NCBI GenBank assembly: GCA_051362555.1 | Contig: CM120641.1 | Coordinates: 15,748,001 to 15,812,000, forward strand | Origin: Lingula anatina | Lineage: Eukaryota > Animalia > Brachiopoda | Length of the DNA: 64,000 nt | Reading direction: 5' to 3' | In this document: positions 29,730 to 41,700 of the stretch, piece after piece | Position numbering within the stretch: the stretch's first letter is position 1 | Layout of the letters: every line of letters begins with the position of its first letter | Notes under the pieces: generated by a model | Database searches by the model: none | What the model saw: only the letters and a program-made list of their open reading frames with translations | Told to the model about the DNA's origin: nothing | Translations under genes and position numbers: made by a program

Positions 29730-32700
29730 CGTAGAAAGCATTAAGTATTGAGATGATTTCAGATATTTAATTCATATGCTTCTTTGAAAAACACTAAACG
29801 GCTTCATACGGTGATAACATTTACGTGTTTAAAACTAATCACAACTTACTTGTGAAAAGGGTTTTTATCAAAAGTCCAACCAGTACATCGGACCACCGTA
29901 TCGAAAACCCCTTTATGAATGAAGTTATCACTCTGGAATCCTGTATGTTTATCTCTTAATTCAAGACGAATTTTCCCGTCTGGTTGTTTTAGAAGGTTTA
30001 CTTCTTCTGCAGGAGCTTCAATTATGGCATCCAGAGCTTTCAACTGATATGTGTCCAGCAGTCCATTGTTCACAGCTCTAAGAGAAAATAAGAAATCTAA
30101 TGCTGGACTATTATGTAATGCAGCGATGATCCAACGTTGTTATCGATATTCATGATATATTCAACAGGGAACGATCCAAATCACACCATCAGATGAATCA
30201 GAACATTTGCTCTCTCTAATACACAAGCTGTTTGGATTGTTCAAACAGTGTATAGATTTCTTTGATTTCTTGAATAAAATCAATTTAAATTAGTTACTAT
30301 AAAGGTTGCATTTATCATAAAAATAGCAAATATTTTGCTGTATACAGATGATTATTGTGTGGCGAAAATATTCAAGAAAGTATGTGAAAACAAATGTGAA
30401 CAGTCTCATCTAAAGCGTACCTGATGTCGATGTTTCCTCCTGAGCTTTTATATTTAAATTTATCATGATTTATGAAGATCTTGATTATTTAATGAAACAG
30501 GAATAGAACAGAAAAAAATGTACTTTCAATAGGAAAAGTGTATTCGCCGCAAAAATCTGCTATTGAATACCTTTGAATAACTTAATTAAAAAAGAATTGT
30601 GATTCATTCCCGACATTTCAGAAACAAATACCAACATCAGGTAGCTATATTTGAGGGATTCGTTGTTTCAAGGTCTGAATAGAAAAGGTAAGTAGCTTTG
30701 CAGAATATTTCGACATAAAAATATGACATAGAGAATTTGAAAACGGGTAGTATATACCTTTGATTATTTAATAACTCAAGTTAATAGAAAATATGGTTGT
30801 CCAATCTTAAAATTGGTTGTCCAATCTTGAATTGGTGGCCTTATGTCCCACACGGGACGAAGAGGAATGATGATGATGATGAATCTTGAAATTACGAGCG
30901 CTATATTTTAGTGGCAATTTCAAAACTAATTAGTTAAAAGTGGATGACAAAATTGGCATGATAAAATCTGTTTTTAAAAAGGATCTTATGTAAAAAATAA
31001 AAATTACCCTCACCTGAGGTCACCAACATAGTGAGTGGACCAAGACAACCTAATTCGTGAGCGTCCCAACATGAAAATATTATTGGTTACTCCATAGATC
31101 CTTTCAGCAACTTCAAAGGCAGAATTGCCGCGACCTAAAGTTAAATACTCATCATGTAGATGGGGATATCATCAAGATACTTTATTTTTTTACGGAACTA
31201 TAAGCTTGTTTAATAAGATAATTAATCATATAATTTGCATGATTTCGGTGTCCTTTCGTAATACTGCAATCAGATTTACTTCTCACTTAAATCGTTTTAT
31301 CATAACTTCCGTTACCCGCAATAATGTTAGAATCCTGCACTGAGAGACTGATTTGGTGACAAAAAGTTAATAGCAGCAACAAAGGTAACAATAAGAATTA
31401 AAATTGAAGCTGGAAGGCCGTTTTTAATTCTAAACAAATAACTTACTTCTTTTCCTACACTGCCATCAACTTTTAAAAAGCAGAAGCGCAATAAGAACAA
31501 TACTGTTTGGCCGTACTCACCAAGAATAAGAACCGACTTCCCTTCGAAATCGTCTGGATCCACCGACACGTCTTCGTAGCCGACTGCTAGTTCATATCCT
31601 GGAAACTTGGGGACGTTCGCTTTCTGCATACCCGTTGCCATGATCAAATTCCTGCAATTTGGTATTGATGTGGTATTCAAATAACTCTAAACAATATATA
31701 TATATATTTGCTAAAAGATCATTCATGTTTTATGTCCACATATGCACCATTCCCTTACTAAATCTCTGAACAACGCACTACCCAACTACTAGAAGTTTAT
31801 AATGAAGAAATTCAGCAGCATCTTTGTAAATAAGATCATCAGATTAAAGGTTTACTGTTTCGCAAACATAAAATTCATGGAATCTTTTAAACTGATATAA
31901 AGTTGGAAATGACACCTTAGGAGAGAGTATTAACTTACTTGCAACTGTATGCATTCCCGCGCTGATCCTCCATAGAAAACAACCCCGTGTCACTGTGTTT
32001 CCTGATATTGTGGACATCCACATTATACTGAACATTGATTCCCAGTTTCCTCTGATAGTCACCCAAGTACTTTACCAACACCTCTCTGTGTGGGAACATC
32101 ACTTTGGAATAATGGCGCACCTGTAAGCTCTCGTCGTGGCTGATGAGCGAGTTCCAGTCGTGGCGAAGGTTATATTCCTTGTTAGATCTCCCCGTGTTTC
32201 TTTTGTTGAGGCTTATCACCATGTCGTGCCGAGGATATTTCGTAAAAAATGAACCTGTTTTAAAATAAAGGCATGCTTAACTTAAAAACTAAACGCTAAT
32301 AAGTATAAACGAATGACAACCGATTACTCAGAGTTTTTTGTTTGTTTGTTTATTTGTTTGTTTTAATTTCAGGGGTCCTGTAAACATCTTTACTTTGTGT
32401 GTTTCTTAAAGTTAGGCAAAAGGAATCGGGATTCGATTTTATAAACACTGCATTCAGATGTATGTCAAAACAAAACTAGAAAAGCACTCTGAGAGCGCAG
32501 ACCTCCGCGAGGACAGCAATTTTTTATTATTATTGATTATTGATCCGGATCACCACCAAAAACTAATCATTTCTTCCTTGGCCCACTTCCTGAAAAGTTC
32601 CTGAAAATTTCATCAAAACCGGTCCATAACTTTTTGAGTTATGTTGATGACAAACAAACAAACACATAGACAAACAGGGGAGAAAACATAACCTCCATGA

Positions 32701-34421
32701 CGGAGGTAAAAATTCATCCATCCCTAACATCATTTTCACATGTCTACAAACCGTTTGCTGGGGGAGGGGGGGGTATGACCTTCTGAAAGTTTTTGAAAAT
32801 TATAAAAATAATAAATGATTATCCAAATTGCTGTCAAAGGTCACCATTTTTCGCTTTTCACCTTATATTCATTGAAAGGAGGGATGTACTCTTTGTAGAC
32901 ATGGGAAAATGATGATAAAAATGAATGACCTCTAAAGGATTCGCTATCATAGGAAACTGATAAAGGACCAAAGGACGTAAGTACCATTCCAATGTGGTTT
33001 TATAAGCAGCATCATAAGTGCAAACTGAAACCGAGTGTTTCATAACTTTTCGAATTATACTCTGTTTGTCGTAATGGATACGCCTCACCATCCCTTCAGA
33101 CTTGTCAAAAATATACAATATCAGAAATCTGCCGAGAAATTATGTCCTCATATTTCTCCTGGTGTATACATATACACATACATGTATCAAAACGTTTATC
33201 ATCAATGTAACCCCTGGACCTTGTAGCAGACAAACAGTGTAATTAAATAACAATGGGGACCGCTGGTCACAGCTGATGATGAATAGCAAGCGGTAATGGT
33301 AGTCACGGTAACGGACCAGGGTCAGGTGACATAATAACTCCTATACGTATGAAAAGACATATCCATTTAAACACAGTAATCAGAAACAAAATAGGCGGTC
33401 ACCGCGATTACACTCTACCAGGACCACTAACAAGATTTTTCGCTTGATATTTAGGCCTACATTTATTTCTATGGCTAATTCTGTGCACATCTCTGTTCTG
33501 TGCAGCGATTTTTTTTTTTTTTTTTTGCACACATTCATCTGGTATTTGGTAGAGAAAACACAGCAATAATGATAATAATAATGAATGTCTAAAACATTCA
33601 CTTATTTTCACAATTCCCCGCTGAAATGCTCTCACATTGCTTCTTACATGTATTTTGAAGAGAAAACTAAAGCTTTTAAACATGAACTAGAAGGTTCGAC
33701 GTTGCGTGAAAAAAACTTTTTATTAGTCCAAGATTATAAGAACTGTTTTTTTTTTCGTTAAAAATGGTACAAAATATCCAATTCAAGTGGATATACGGGT
33801 CGAGCAACAGTTTGTGAATAGTAGAAAATTACTTTTTTCTCTAGGAAAACTCAGCTTGGCACGAAAATCGAGTATAATGCCCCATTCCTATAGAGACCAT
33901 TGGTCATCGTTGACAGATCCAACTCTGCAGAGACTCTCACAGACTGCAATCAGTCTCCTGGCGTTAAGTAAAATACATAAAAAAACTGCTTAATGTACGG
34001 GTACGTTAGAAATAATTGGATGTGAGTCATTCAGTTAAGCTGATTACATTCAGCGAGAGTCTCTGCAGAGTCAGATTTTGGTTGATCTAAGCAGACCGTT
34101 GGCGTCTATGGGAATGGGGTCTAAAATACCCATAAAAAATAAAGCACCACGAACGCAAATGATACGGGAAAACAGTAGGAATCCACAATAATAAAAATCC
34201 ACTATAAGATACATCGTTTTACATAATTTACCTGATACATTATTTCTTTCAAAGATGACATAATCTCTGTTGCTGGTCTGGAGGAAATATCCAAGTTGTA
34301 GACCACCAGGCCCAGCTCCTACAATACAGTACTCATGGTAGTTTTGACTGGACCCAGACACAAGGCACAGCAAAACTAACAGCACACACTTGGAGAGAAA
34401 CCCTGGGATGTTTGTTGACAT
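27948..34421 (-). CDS. FOXRED2: FOXRED2-A: FAD-dependent oxidoreductase domain-containing protein 2 (ERFAD)-like, divergent paralog, 9 coding exons
   Basis: Exons 34421-34232, 32254-31939, 31651-31521, 31134-31014, 30077-29850, 29462-29296, 29182-29017, 28763-28525, 28246-27948, with consistent phases. Signal peptide, FAD Rossmann motif [24 protein letters not shown](P)H motif [30 protein letters not shown] and [13 protein letters not shown] are FOXRED2 family signatures. Confidence 0.93.
29671..29728. repeat. (TA)n microsatellite
   Basis: Direct reading. Confidence 0.95.
30832..30881 (+). mobile_element. Severely 5'-truncated RTE-type LINE/SINE 3' tail with target-site duplication
   Basis: GGCCTTATGTCCCACACGGGACGAAGAGGA followed by an (ATG)n tail, flanked by AATCTTGAA at 30823-30831 and 30882-30890. 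The family call is from recalled RTE 3' ends. Confidence 0.6.
32474..32710 (-). mobile_element. Short HINE-type non-autonomous Helentron (ACCTCC subTIR family)
   Basis: The minus strand reads TTTT-ACCTCCGTCATGGAGGT (subTIR plus inverted repeat), a (TGTT/TGTC) microsatellite, a core, 3' subTIR CGGAGGT, hairpin GCGCTCTCAGAGTGC and TTTTCTAGTT. Confidence 0.8.
33872..34130. mobile_element. Degenerate fold-back MITE in the FOXRED2-A intron after coding exon 1
   Basis: Left arm CCCCATTCCTATAGAGACCA...ACTCTGCAGAGACTCTC..GCAATCAG pairs with right arm CTGATTAC..GAGAGTCTCTGCAGAGT...TGGCGTCTATGGGAATGGGG. Confidence 0.7.
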
Positions 34422-34669
34422 CTTCTCTACTTCTTTATTGTTGGATAGAGAAAAAATAAAAAAAAGTTATTGAAGTATATTCGATCTATGATTTAAAAAA
34501 CTAGCTTTATTTAATTATGAAATAATTAAAGAGTAAACATTTTGCGTTTCAGACCAAATCTTGTTTCTCTTCGTGTACTAGTACTGTACTAGCAAAATAC
34601 ACAATAGTGGTTCTTCAATAAACGTTATTCTTTCAGATGTAATTCTCTTACCTTTTAATGTTAATGCGT

Positions 34670-34800
34670 CTACTTACTTGTCAACGGCTCGAAAGGTTTC
34701 CCGTGTTAGTAATGATAACCGGTTAAACGCGGACCCTTATATATACGTGTACGTTGTCACTCACTGGTTTGCATATGAACAATATTGGGCGGGGTTATTC
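34670..34800 (-). promoter_or_regulatory. Putative FOXRED2-A core promoter and short non-coding first exon
   Basis: On the minus strand: GC box and CCAAT near 34784-34794, TATATAAG near 34736-34744, then a GTAAGT donor near 34677. Confidence 0.5.
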
Positions 34801-37586
34801 TCAAAACACAGTGGGGTCGCACATAAGTCAAACTTGCGAACACAGGCTCGCCGACAATGATGATACCTTACGGACATTACTTAATTGAGGTTTCCTCTCA
34901 TTTATAGGCCCACTGCTTAAAATTAGATCCATTCAGAAACCTCTTAGCTTAAGGCACACATTGTTATGGCTGAACATTTAATTTTGTTGAAAATTTGGAC
35001 CTCTTTTCTTAATCACAAAAGTTTACCATGTCTAAAACCTATCCACAGAATTACGATCCATAGACCCTTTTTAGCTCTGTTTTCTAGTTTTTGAGTAACT
35101 CTCGTAACGAAAATTGGGACTAGGGGATTTTTCTCGTGATGGTAAAAAATGAGAAATTCAAAACTCGAAAAACGGGTTTATAGACAGTAATTTTCTCAGT
35201 GGTTTTGGACAGGGCATGCCTTGGTGATAATGGGGATATTCAATTCTGCACATTGTATGCCTGCAATTTTAACTTCTTTCGTTCAAAAGCTGACCACCAG
35301 AAAATGATACGTGAGCTCTGCAAAAGTGGTAGTTCAAATCAGGACTGTAGCAAAGTGGACCGGAAGGATGAACAGTCATTAAAGATCTTCAATTTAATTT
35401 GCATTTGGGATGTGGCTCAGATGTTGGCATTGAAAATTACTTCAAAGATATGTTACACTTGTAATCCACCTCCCTCCGCGTCTTTGCAGTTTCACTTTAA
35501 AATACATTTGTTGGTGTAATTCTCATTTTCTATATTAAAACATCCTATTCGTTTCAATATAAATATAGTAATTGACGAACTGTGTGCCCATTTAAGAAAA
35601 AAAATTCGAAAGCGTCAGTAAACCCATTGAACATAACAGACATATTTTTAATCACACAAATAAAACCACCTGTGTAATGTTGCCTCAAAGATTTAATATA
35701 AGATCTCGCTGAACGCTCACAAGATATCAAGGTACACCTCCTTTTGAGGTATCATTATAAAGGCGTTGCAGCGTTGCGTAAGAGGCTAATAACTGTAGCC
35801 TCTCTGGTCAGATACCTGGTCTAGTTTTAAATGCCAATCTTTTTTAATTAAAGGCAGTTGGAAACCTTCCAAGAGATACGTCAAAGACAAACGACAGAGA
35901 TGGAAGCGTGTCAGCCATTGGACCAAGTCATACGACCGAAGCAGTTAGTAGTTTGGAAGACGGTCAGGTGCAAAATGAGCTTTAGTGACAGCTGAGGGCA
36001 GGCCCAGGGTCCCAGGAGATATTAAGATTATCAATTTCACAACGCAGAATTAGAAAGGAAGAAAAAAAAAAAACAGACCGGCTTCCGGAACACACTTGCA
36101 AAAATCCATCCCCGATCAACTTCATGCTAGAGCATACTTTCACTTCTTTTAGTTTTGAACATTTTTTTTTTTTTTTTTTGCAAATGGACACAATTTTGCC
36201 ATAAATCTTTCTATTGAAAAACAAAGGTGGTTCAGTAGTCAAGGTCCATTAATCTGAAGATTCATTATTCCTTAGACTCAATAGTTCGCAGCTAACATAG
36301 AATGCACTGTTTTACCAGTTCTTGTCTGTCTTGATGTGCCAGCATAACCACAATTGAGTGAAACAGCAAAACAATATTTTATTTCGAATGAAAGATATAG
36401 CTGCCAGTGTCACTTAATAGCGTGTCAGTTTTTATTTTATACTTAACTACTGATCAGGTAATAAAAAGATGCAGTAAACATTCAGTTTGTATTACGATCT
36501 TATCGCACATGATGCTGTGTACGCTCTCAGATTTCTAAGGTGTGGCAGTGTTATCCAGATAACGTTTATTACGACGTGTCGGTTGTGCCAAGAACATTGT
36601 GGTAGAGGAAACACTAGATGGTGGTGGTGCTCCATCTGCTTTATCCCCAACTAGCACATCCAGCACAAAAGACACAATCGGTGCTATTCAAAATCATTAT
36701 TAGGAAAGGTTTTCACCTTGCCTATTATGCATTATTTAAGGGTTCTCTCTGAATAAATAACCTTAAACAGTCATCAAGTTCACCAACCTTAACCACTATT
36801 TCTAATTATAATAAGATTTAAATCAATCAATCACCTCATCTGAATAAAATGATAGATGTACTGAATATCATGAAATTGGTTTTACTTTTGTACTTGTATA
36901 AAAAATACAAGTACTGAGTAAAATATTAAAGTAGTTTTCATCTGAATACTGGATTGGCTTTGACAAGTGTGTGTGTGTGTGTGTGTGTATGCATGTGCAT
37001 GTTTATGCACACAAACATGATCATAGTGCCACAAATAAGTTCATACATAATAAAAGAAAAAATATATGAACCACTGTGTAGTAGCAGCAGAATCCTTCTA
37101 AAACCTCTTCACAATACATCATTGGATTCTGCAATCTAACTTTTAAATACATATTGATAGTTTAACAACCTTTACAAAAAATCATGCATGTAGACTGCTA
37201 TGAAATATAAACAATGTTATCAGCATATATACTAAATGCCAAGCCAAAGGCAATTTTTTTGGTGTTTTTTTCCTTCCAAGCAGAATCGTCTCTTCTTTTA
37301 GCTGCATATAAAAATAGAGCTTTCTTATATCACATTGATCTCATTGCACAAAAAGAGACAGATGAGTCAAACTTCACAGAGCTGCACAACCATTTCTGTT
37401 CAACTATCTGCAGCATCTTTCTGTATATTTATCATAAAAATGCTTATAGTACAATAAGCCTTAATCAAAATAAACTTACAATATGTAATTAAAATAGCTG
37501 TCCAAATTTGAATTACCTTAACAGCATTACTAATTCTTTGGAAAAGTCAAATTGTTATTATTAATGGGTTTCATCTTAATATAAAC

Positions 37587-37714
37587 AATGCATGTTAGAC
37601 CTTTTTAAAGCAACAATAAATATATATTTGGAGAGAGAATCAAAAACTCAAATGCATGTTAGACCTTTTTAAAGCAACAATAAATATATATTTGGAGAGA
37701 GAATCAAAAACTCA
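37587..37714. repeat. Perfect 64-bp tandem duplication
   Basis: AATGCATGTTAGACCTTTTTAAAGCAACAATAAATATATATTTGGAGAGAGAATCAAAAACTCA at 37587 and 37651. Confidence 0.9.
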
Positions 37715-38726
37715 AAAAAGAATACATGGATTGTAATTCTGTGAACAATTGTAGACATTGAAAATTTCCAGTAATATTACATTAATTGTCTATAAAGGTC
37801 TGCTCATTGTTGGCCTTTAAAGGAAAAGCTCAAACAAAATTTCTTATTTATACCATTTTCAAAACTATCTGTGTAGAATTCACAAGCTGGCCCTGACAAA
37901 GCTCTGTCTAAAGTAAAGAAACCTCAGCTGCACAAAGAAAAATACAAATCACAGAACAAAAAATTGCATCAAGATTCCATTTAGGAATCCTTTGAATGAT
38001 ACATTTCTATATTTTAACTTATCTTTGGTATTTTTTTTATTTTCATTTACATTTAGGAACAGGCATACTGCTAGTTCCAAGTGTGGGAATTAACCAAAAT
38101 TAAAATGATGGGCTTTTGGTACCAAATGTACAGTTTCCCAAACACAAGTTAATAAGTCTATCTGCTATATAGGCCTGGTCACACAGACAAAAAGATGAAT
38201 TGAGGTTGGATGAATTGAGGTTACAAATTTTCTTGGGATTTGGGCCTTCATTGTCATCCAAAACAGAATTGACCAAAAATGATACATTTTCCACAATAGT
38301 GTGCTGATAAGAACAGTATGAATTTCAAACAAATTAATAAATTATTGTTTGTGTGTCACAAATAAAAGCAGATGTCATTGCAGATGTTCACAAATCATAT
38401 GCAACAGAAATTTTGGGCAGCTCAAATATCTAGGGAACAGAAAAAGTGTCTCTGCGGATAATTGTGGACATGTGCAGATGCTGACCGAATGATACAAGCA
38501 TGTATCACGAATATTGCAGATGTTTAGCAGATATCAACCAATTTTGTTCGCAATTCATGCGAAATTCATCCTTAATGCCAGTGAGACCGGGTCTTATGAA
38601 AATGAAAAATATAATAATTTTTACCAATGTAAGATCAATTTTTAGAAAAATATTTTACTTGTAAATTCTTCAGTTATTTGCCTACAGCAAAAATTATGCC
38701 CTTTTTTCCAGATCATATTCCAGCTG

Positions 38727-41700
38727 TTATAACAATGATGCTATGCGTGCTCTGAGCAAGAGAGCCTCAGTTCCAACAAGACCTTGACCTTGCATATATT
38801 TCTCCTGGCACATCAATGGTACTGTCTGATGTGTCATGGCCAGAGTAAAACAAGAACTGGCAAAGTACTTCCTCATGTCAGTACCAATACATCTTTCTAA
38901 GAACTGTCGCAACGGCAGAATGTGACTGAGGGGTGCATCCCATGTGGTTAGAAAATCCTCAACAATATGGTGTAAATGAACAGGTTTTGGCAATGTCTTA
39001 CTTCCCTTTTTCTTCATATCTTTTTCTGAAATAGTTTTTAAAATATGTAATTGAGAGTTGATGTTTCATGTAGTTTTATTTCTATTTAAAAAAAAACCAA
39101 GTGAAGTAAAAGTGGGCAAAAAACATCTGAAAAGGGATGTTTTCCAAGGCAATGCAAGACGCCTATACAAACATACACAGGGATATCTTAAATTCATGGG
39201 GATCTAAATAAGTTGCATTGGAATCCCTTGAAACTAAAACCCTTTTCACACAAAGTGGTATTCTCTATCAATACAGCCTGACTGGTACACTGTGAGAGAT
39301 CTGTATATGTAATTATACTGCAGGGGTTTATACTTGCTTTCACAATGTTTCCTGCTGTTTGAGCAGAAGTTGGCTTTGCAAGGGGTCCAGTTAGGTGACT
39401 CTCTTACTTTACAGCCAGACTATTAAGTTACCAATCTTTCAGTGTATACCAATACAGGCTGTGTTGTATAAGGATGGGGCTCCATATGAAAAGGGCCACA
39501 TAATGACTTTAGGTTCGAGTACACATCTTGCTACTGATTTCACTCAAAGTTGATAGTTTTCAGGCAAAATCTTGACTGACTGACAAAAAAAAATGCATTG
39601 GGACCACCAACATCTCTTGGCAATCAGAAGCATTAGTTTAACAGAAACCCTGAAAAACTAAATAAACAGGTTGCAGAAATATCTTCAGGCAACAGATCTA
39701 TCACCCTGTCTTTTAAGACTCCCACACAAAACTTTTGTGCAATGATATAAAACTTTCACAACAGTGCTAATGGTTAATATGGTTCAAACAAAAGATTGAC
39801 AGCACTTGAAATACCAACCTGTGGGTAAAGTTTCATAATAATAAAACACAGGATGAAGAAAGTTGGACTGATGTGCATCAGAGGGCTCTCCTGTAGCTCT
39901 GTTCAACCTGAACACATCATTACCAGGACCGGAGAAGTTAGCACCATACTCCAAAACTACAACAATTATCTTCTCTGCTGTTTTGCCAGTTATTTCATGA
40001 AATTTTGGAAGGGACATGATTGGAAACTCTTCCAAGTATTCAAATTCTCTGCCATTACTGAAAAGGAAAAAAGTTACCTGCTCATACCTATTGGTACTTA
40101 CACCCCCTCCCCCCCCCAAAAAAAAGAAAAGTGAACACATTACTCATCTTGTAAAAATTTGAATCAGTCTCAATAAAAGATATCTGAACACACTGTATGG
40201 AAAATAACATGTAAAATTAATGTAGAAAGCAACCATATCATAATGATTACACACAAAATGATATGAGCATAATATCAAATTCATACTTGAAAATCACATA
40301 CTTTTTTAACAGTATAACATCTCCCAGAACTTGAAACATTTGGTATATTCCAGAGGCTTCATTAATCCTCTTCAGTATCCTATCCAAAAGTTCTGTGATG
40401 GGTGCTTTTATAGACGGCCACTCAACACCATGGTTGCGGTGCTCTAGATAATTGTACAGTGTCCTTGCTGGAAAATAAATAGCTCGTCAAGCTTTTAACA
40501 TTTAGAACATTAACAATTAACATTATATTGTAGTGATGGTGGTGATTATCTACAGAAAAAAAAAAAACAAAAACTGTTTATCATCAAAGGTGCAAATGCT
40601 GGTAGGTTCAAGGGATTCAAATGAACTGCCCTTTTTGGGTGAAAAGATCCCTTCTGAATCAGAATTTGATAAAGGATCTGCTGAATATGCACATGCCCTT
40701 TAAAATTGCAAGCTGTTGGTCTTTTTTCTCACCTGTGTATCTGAATCCATGTATAAAGCCTCCAGCTGACTTCCTGAAGTCCACAGAGTGAGAGTTGGTG
40801 CCAGCAAAAAACAGACCAGGGATGTTGGTGGACTCATAAGTTGGGAGAGTTTTTGGAAATTTCTTACGTCGTCCTTGACCTCTTTCAGGTTTAGTGGAAC
40901 TTTGAAAACATAAAGATATTATTATACAATTTTATCTATAGTTTCATTTTGTCAATACTACAGCACAAGATAAGCACATTTTCTTCTGTCATAGCTGAAT
41001 TCTTTAGGCAACATAACATTTAGAAAGATATAGGGACAAAAAAAAATGATACAAAATACTCCATAAAAAGAATTTTTATTGAGCTTTCCATTTTCTCCCT
41101 TAATGCTCCATATCATTTTCATCTTTTTTATACTGCCATGCATGGTGTTAAAATAAGTGCTAGTTTTTTCTTTTTTCACTCTTAATTTCTTCCACCCAAA
41201 ATCAATCATACCAATAATCTCTAACAAATAAAATCCTGCATGTGGGATCTTTAACTTAGGTTTTATTTTTAAAACTGATGTTTGAAAGATGTCATATTAC
41301 TAAAGACATATAATTGATAATAAATATCATTTCATTTTACATCTCTAACAAAGTCATATCTTAGACTCCGTTCACATGAAAAATCTATTTTCTAAAAATC
41401 TATTTTCTATTCACGGTATCTTGTGATCACTCCGAGCGCAGCCGAGAATTAATTACAGCTTTGGAAGTAACTGGCTCGCGCTGCCAGTAATTACGCCGCA
41501 GGGTATTCAGGGCACAGACCGTGATCACAAGATACCGTAAACAGAAAATAGATATTTAGAAAATAGATTTTGCATGTGAACGGTCCCTTAAACACTTACT
41601 TATGAAACACCTCATCATCAAATTTCCAACCAGTGCACCTTATCACCACATCATATTCATCTCTCATAGCAAAGTTATCAAACAGATTTTCATCCATATC

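Noticed and set aside
35199-37492. Short ORFs between the FOXRED2 copies as an extra gene
   Set aside because: No recognisable motif, low-complexity content and no consistent exon chain.
38727-38740. C-terminal SLL of FOXRED2-B as a peroxisomal PTS1
   Set aside because: It lacks the basic middle residue, and the protein has an N-terminal signal peptide.
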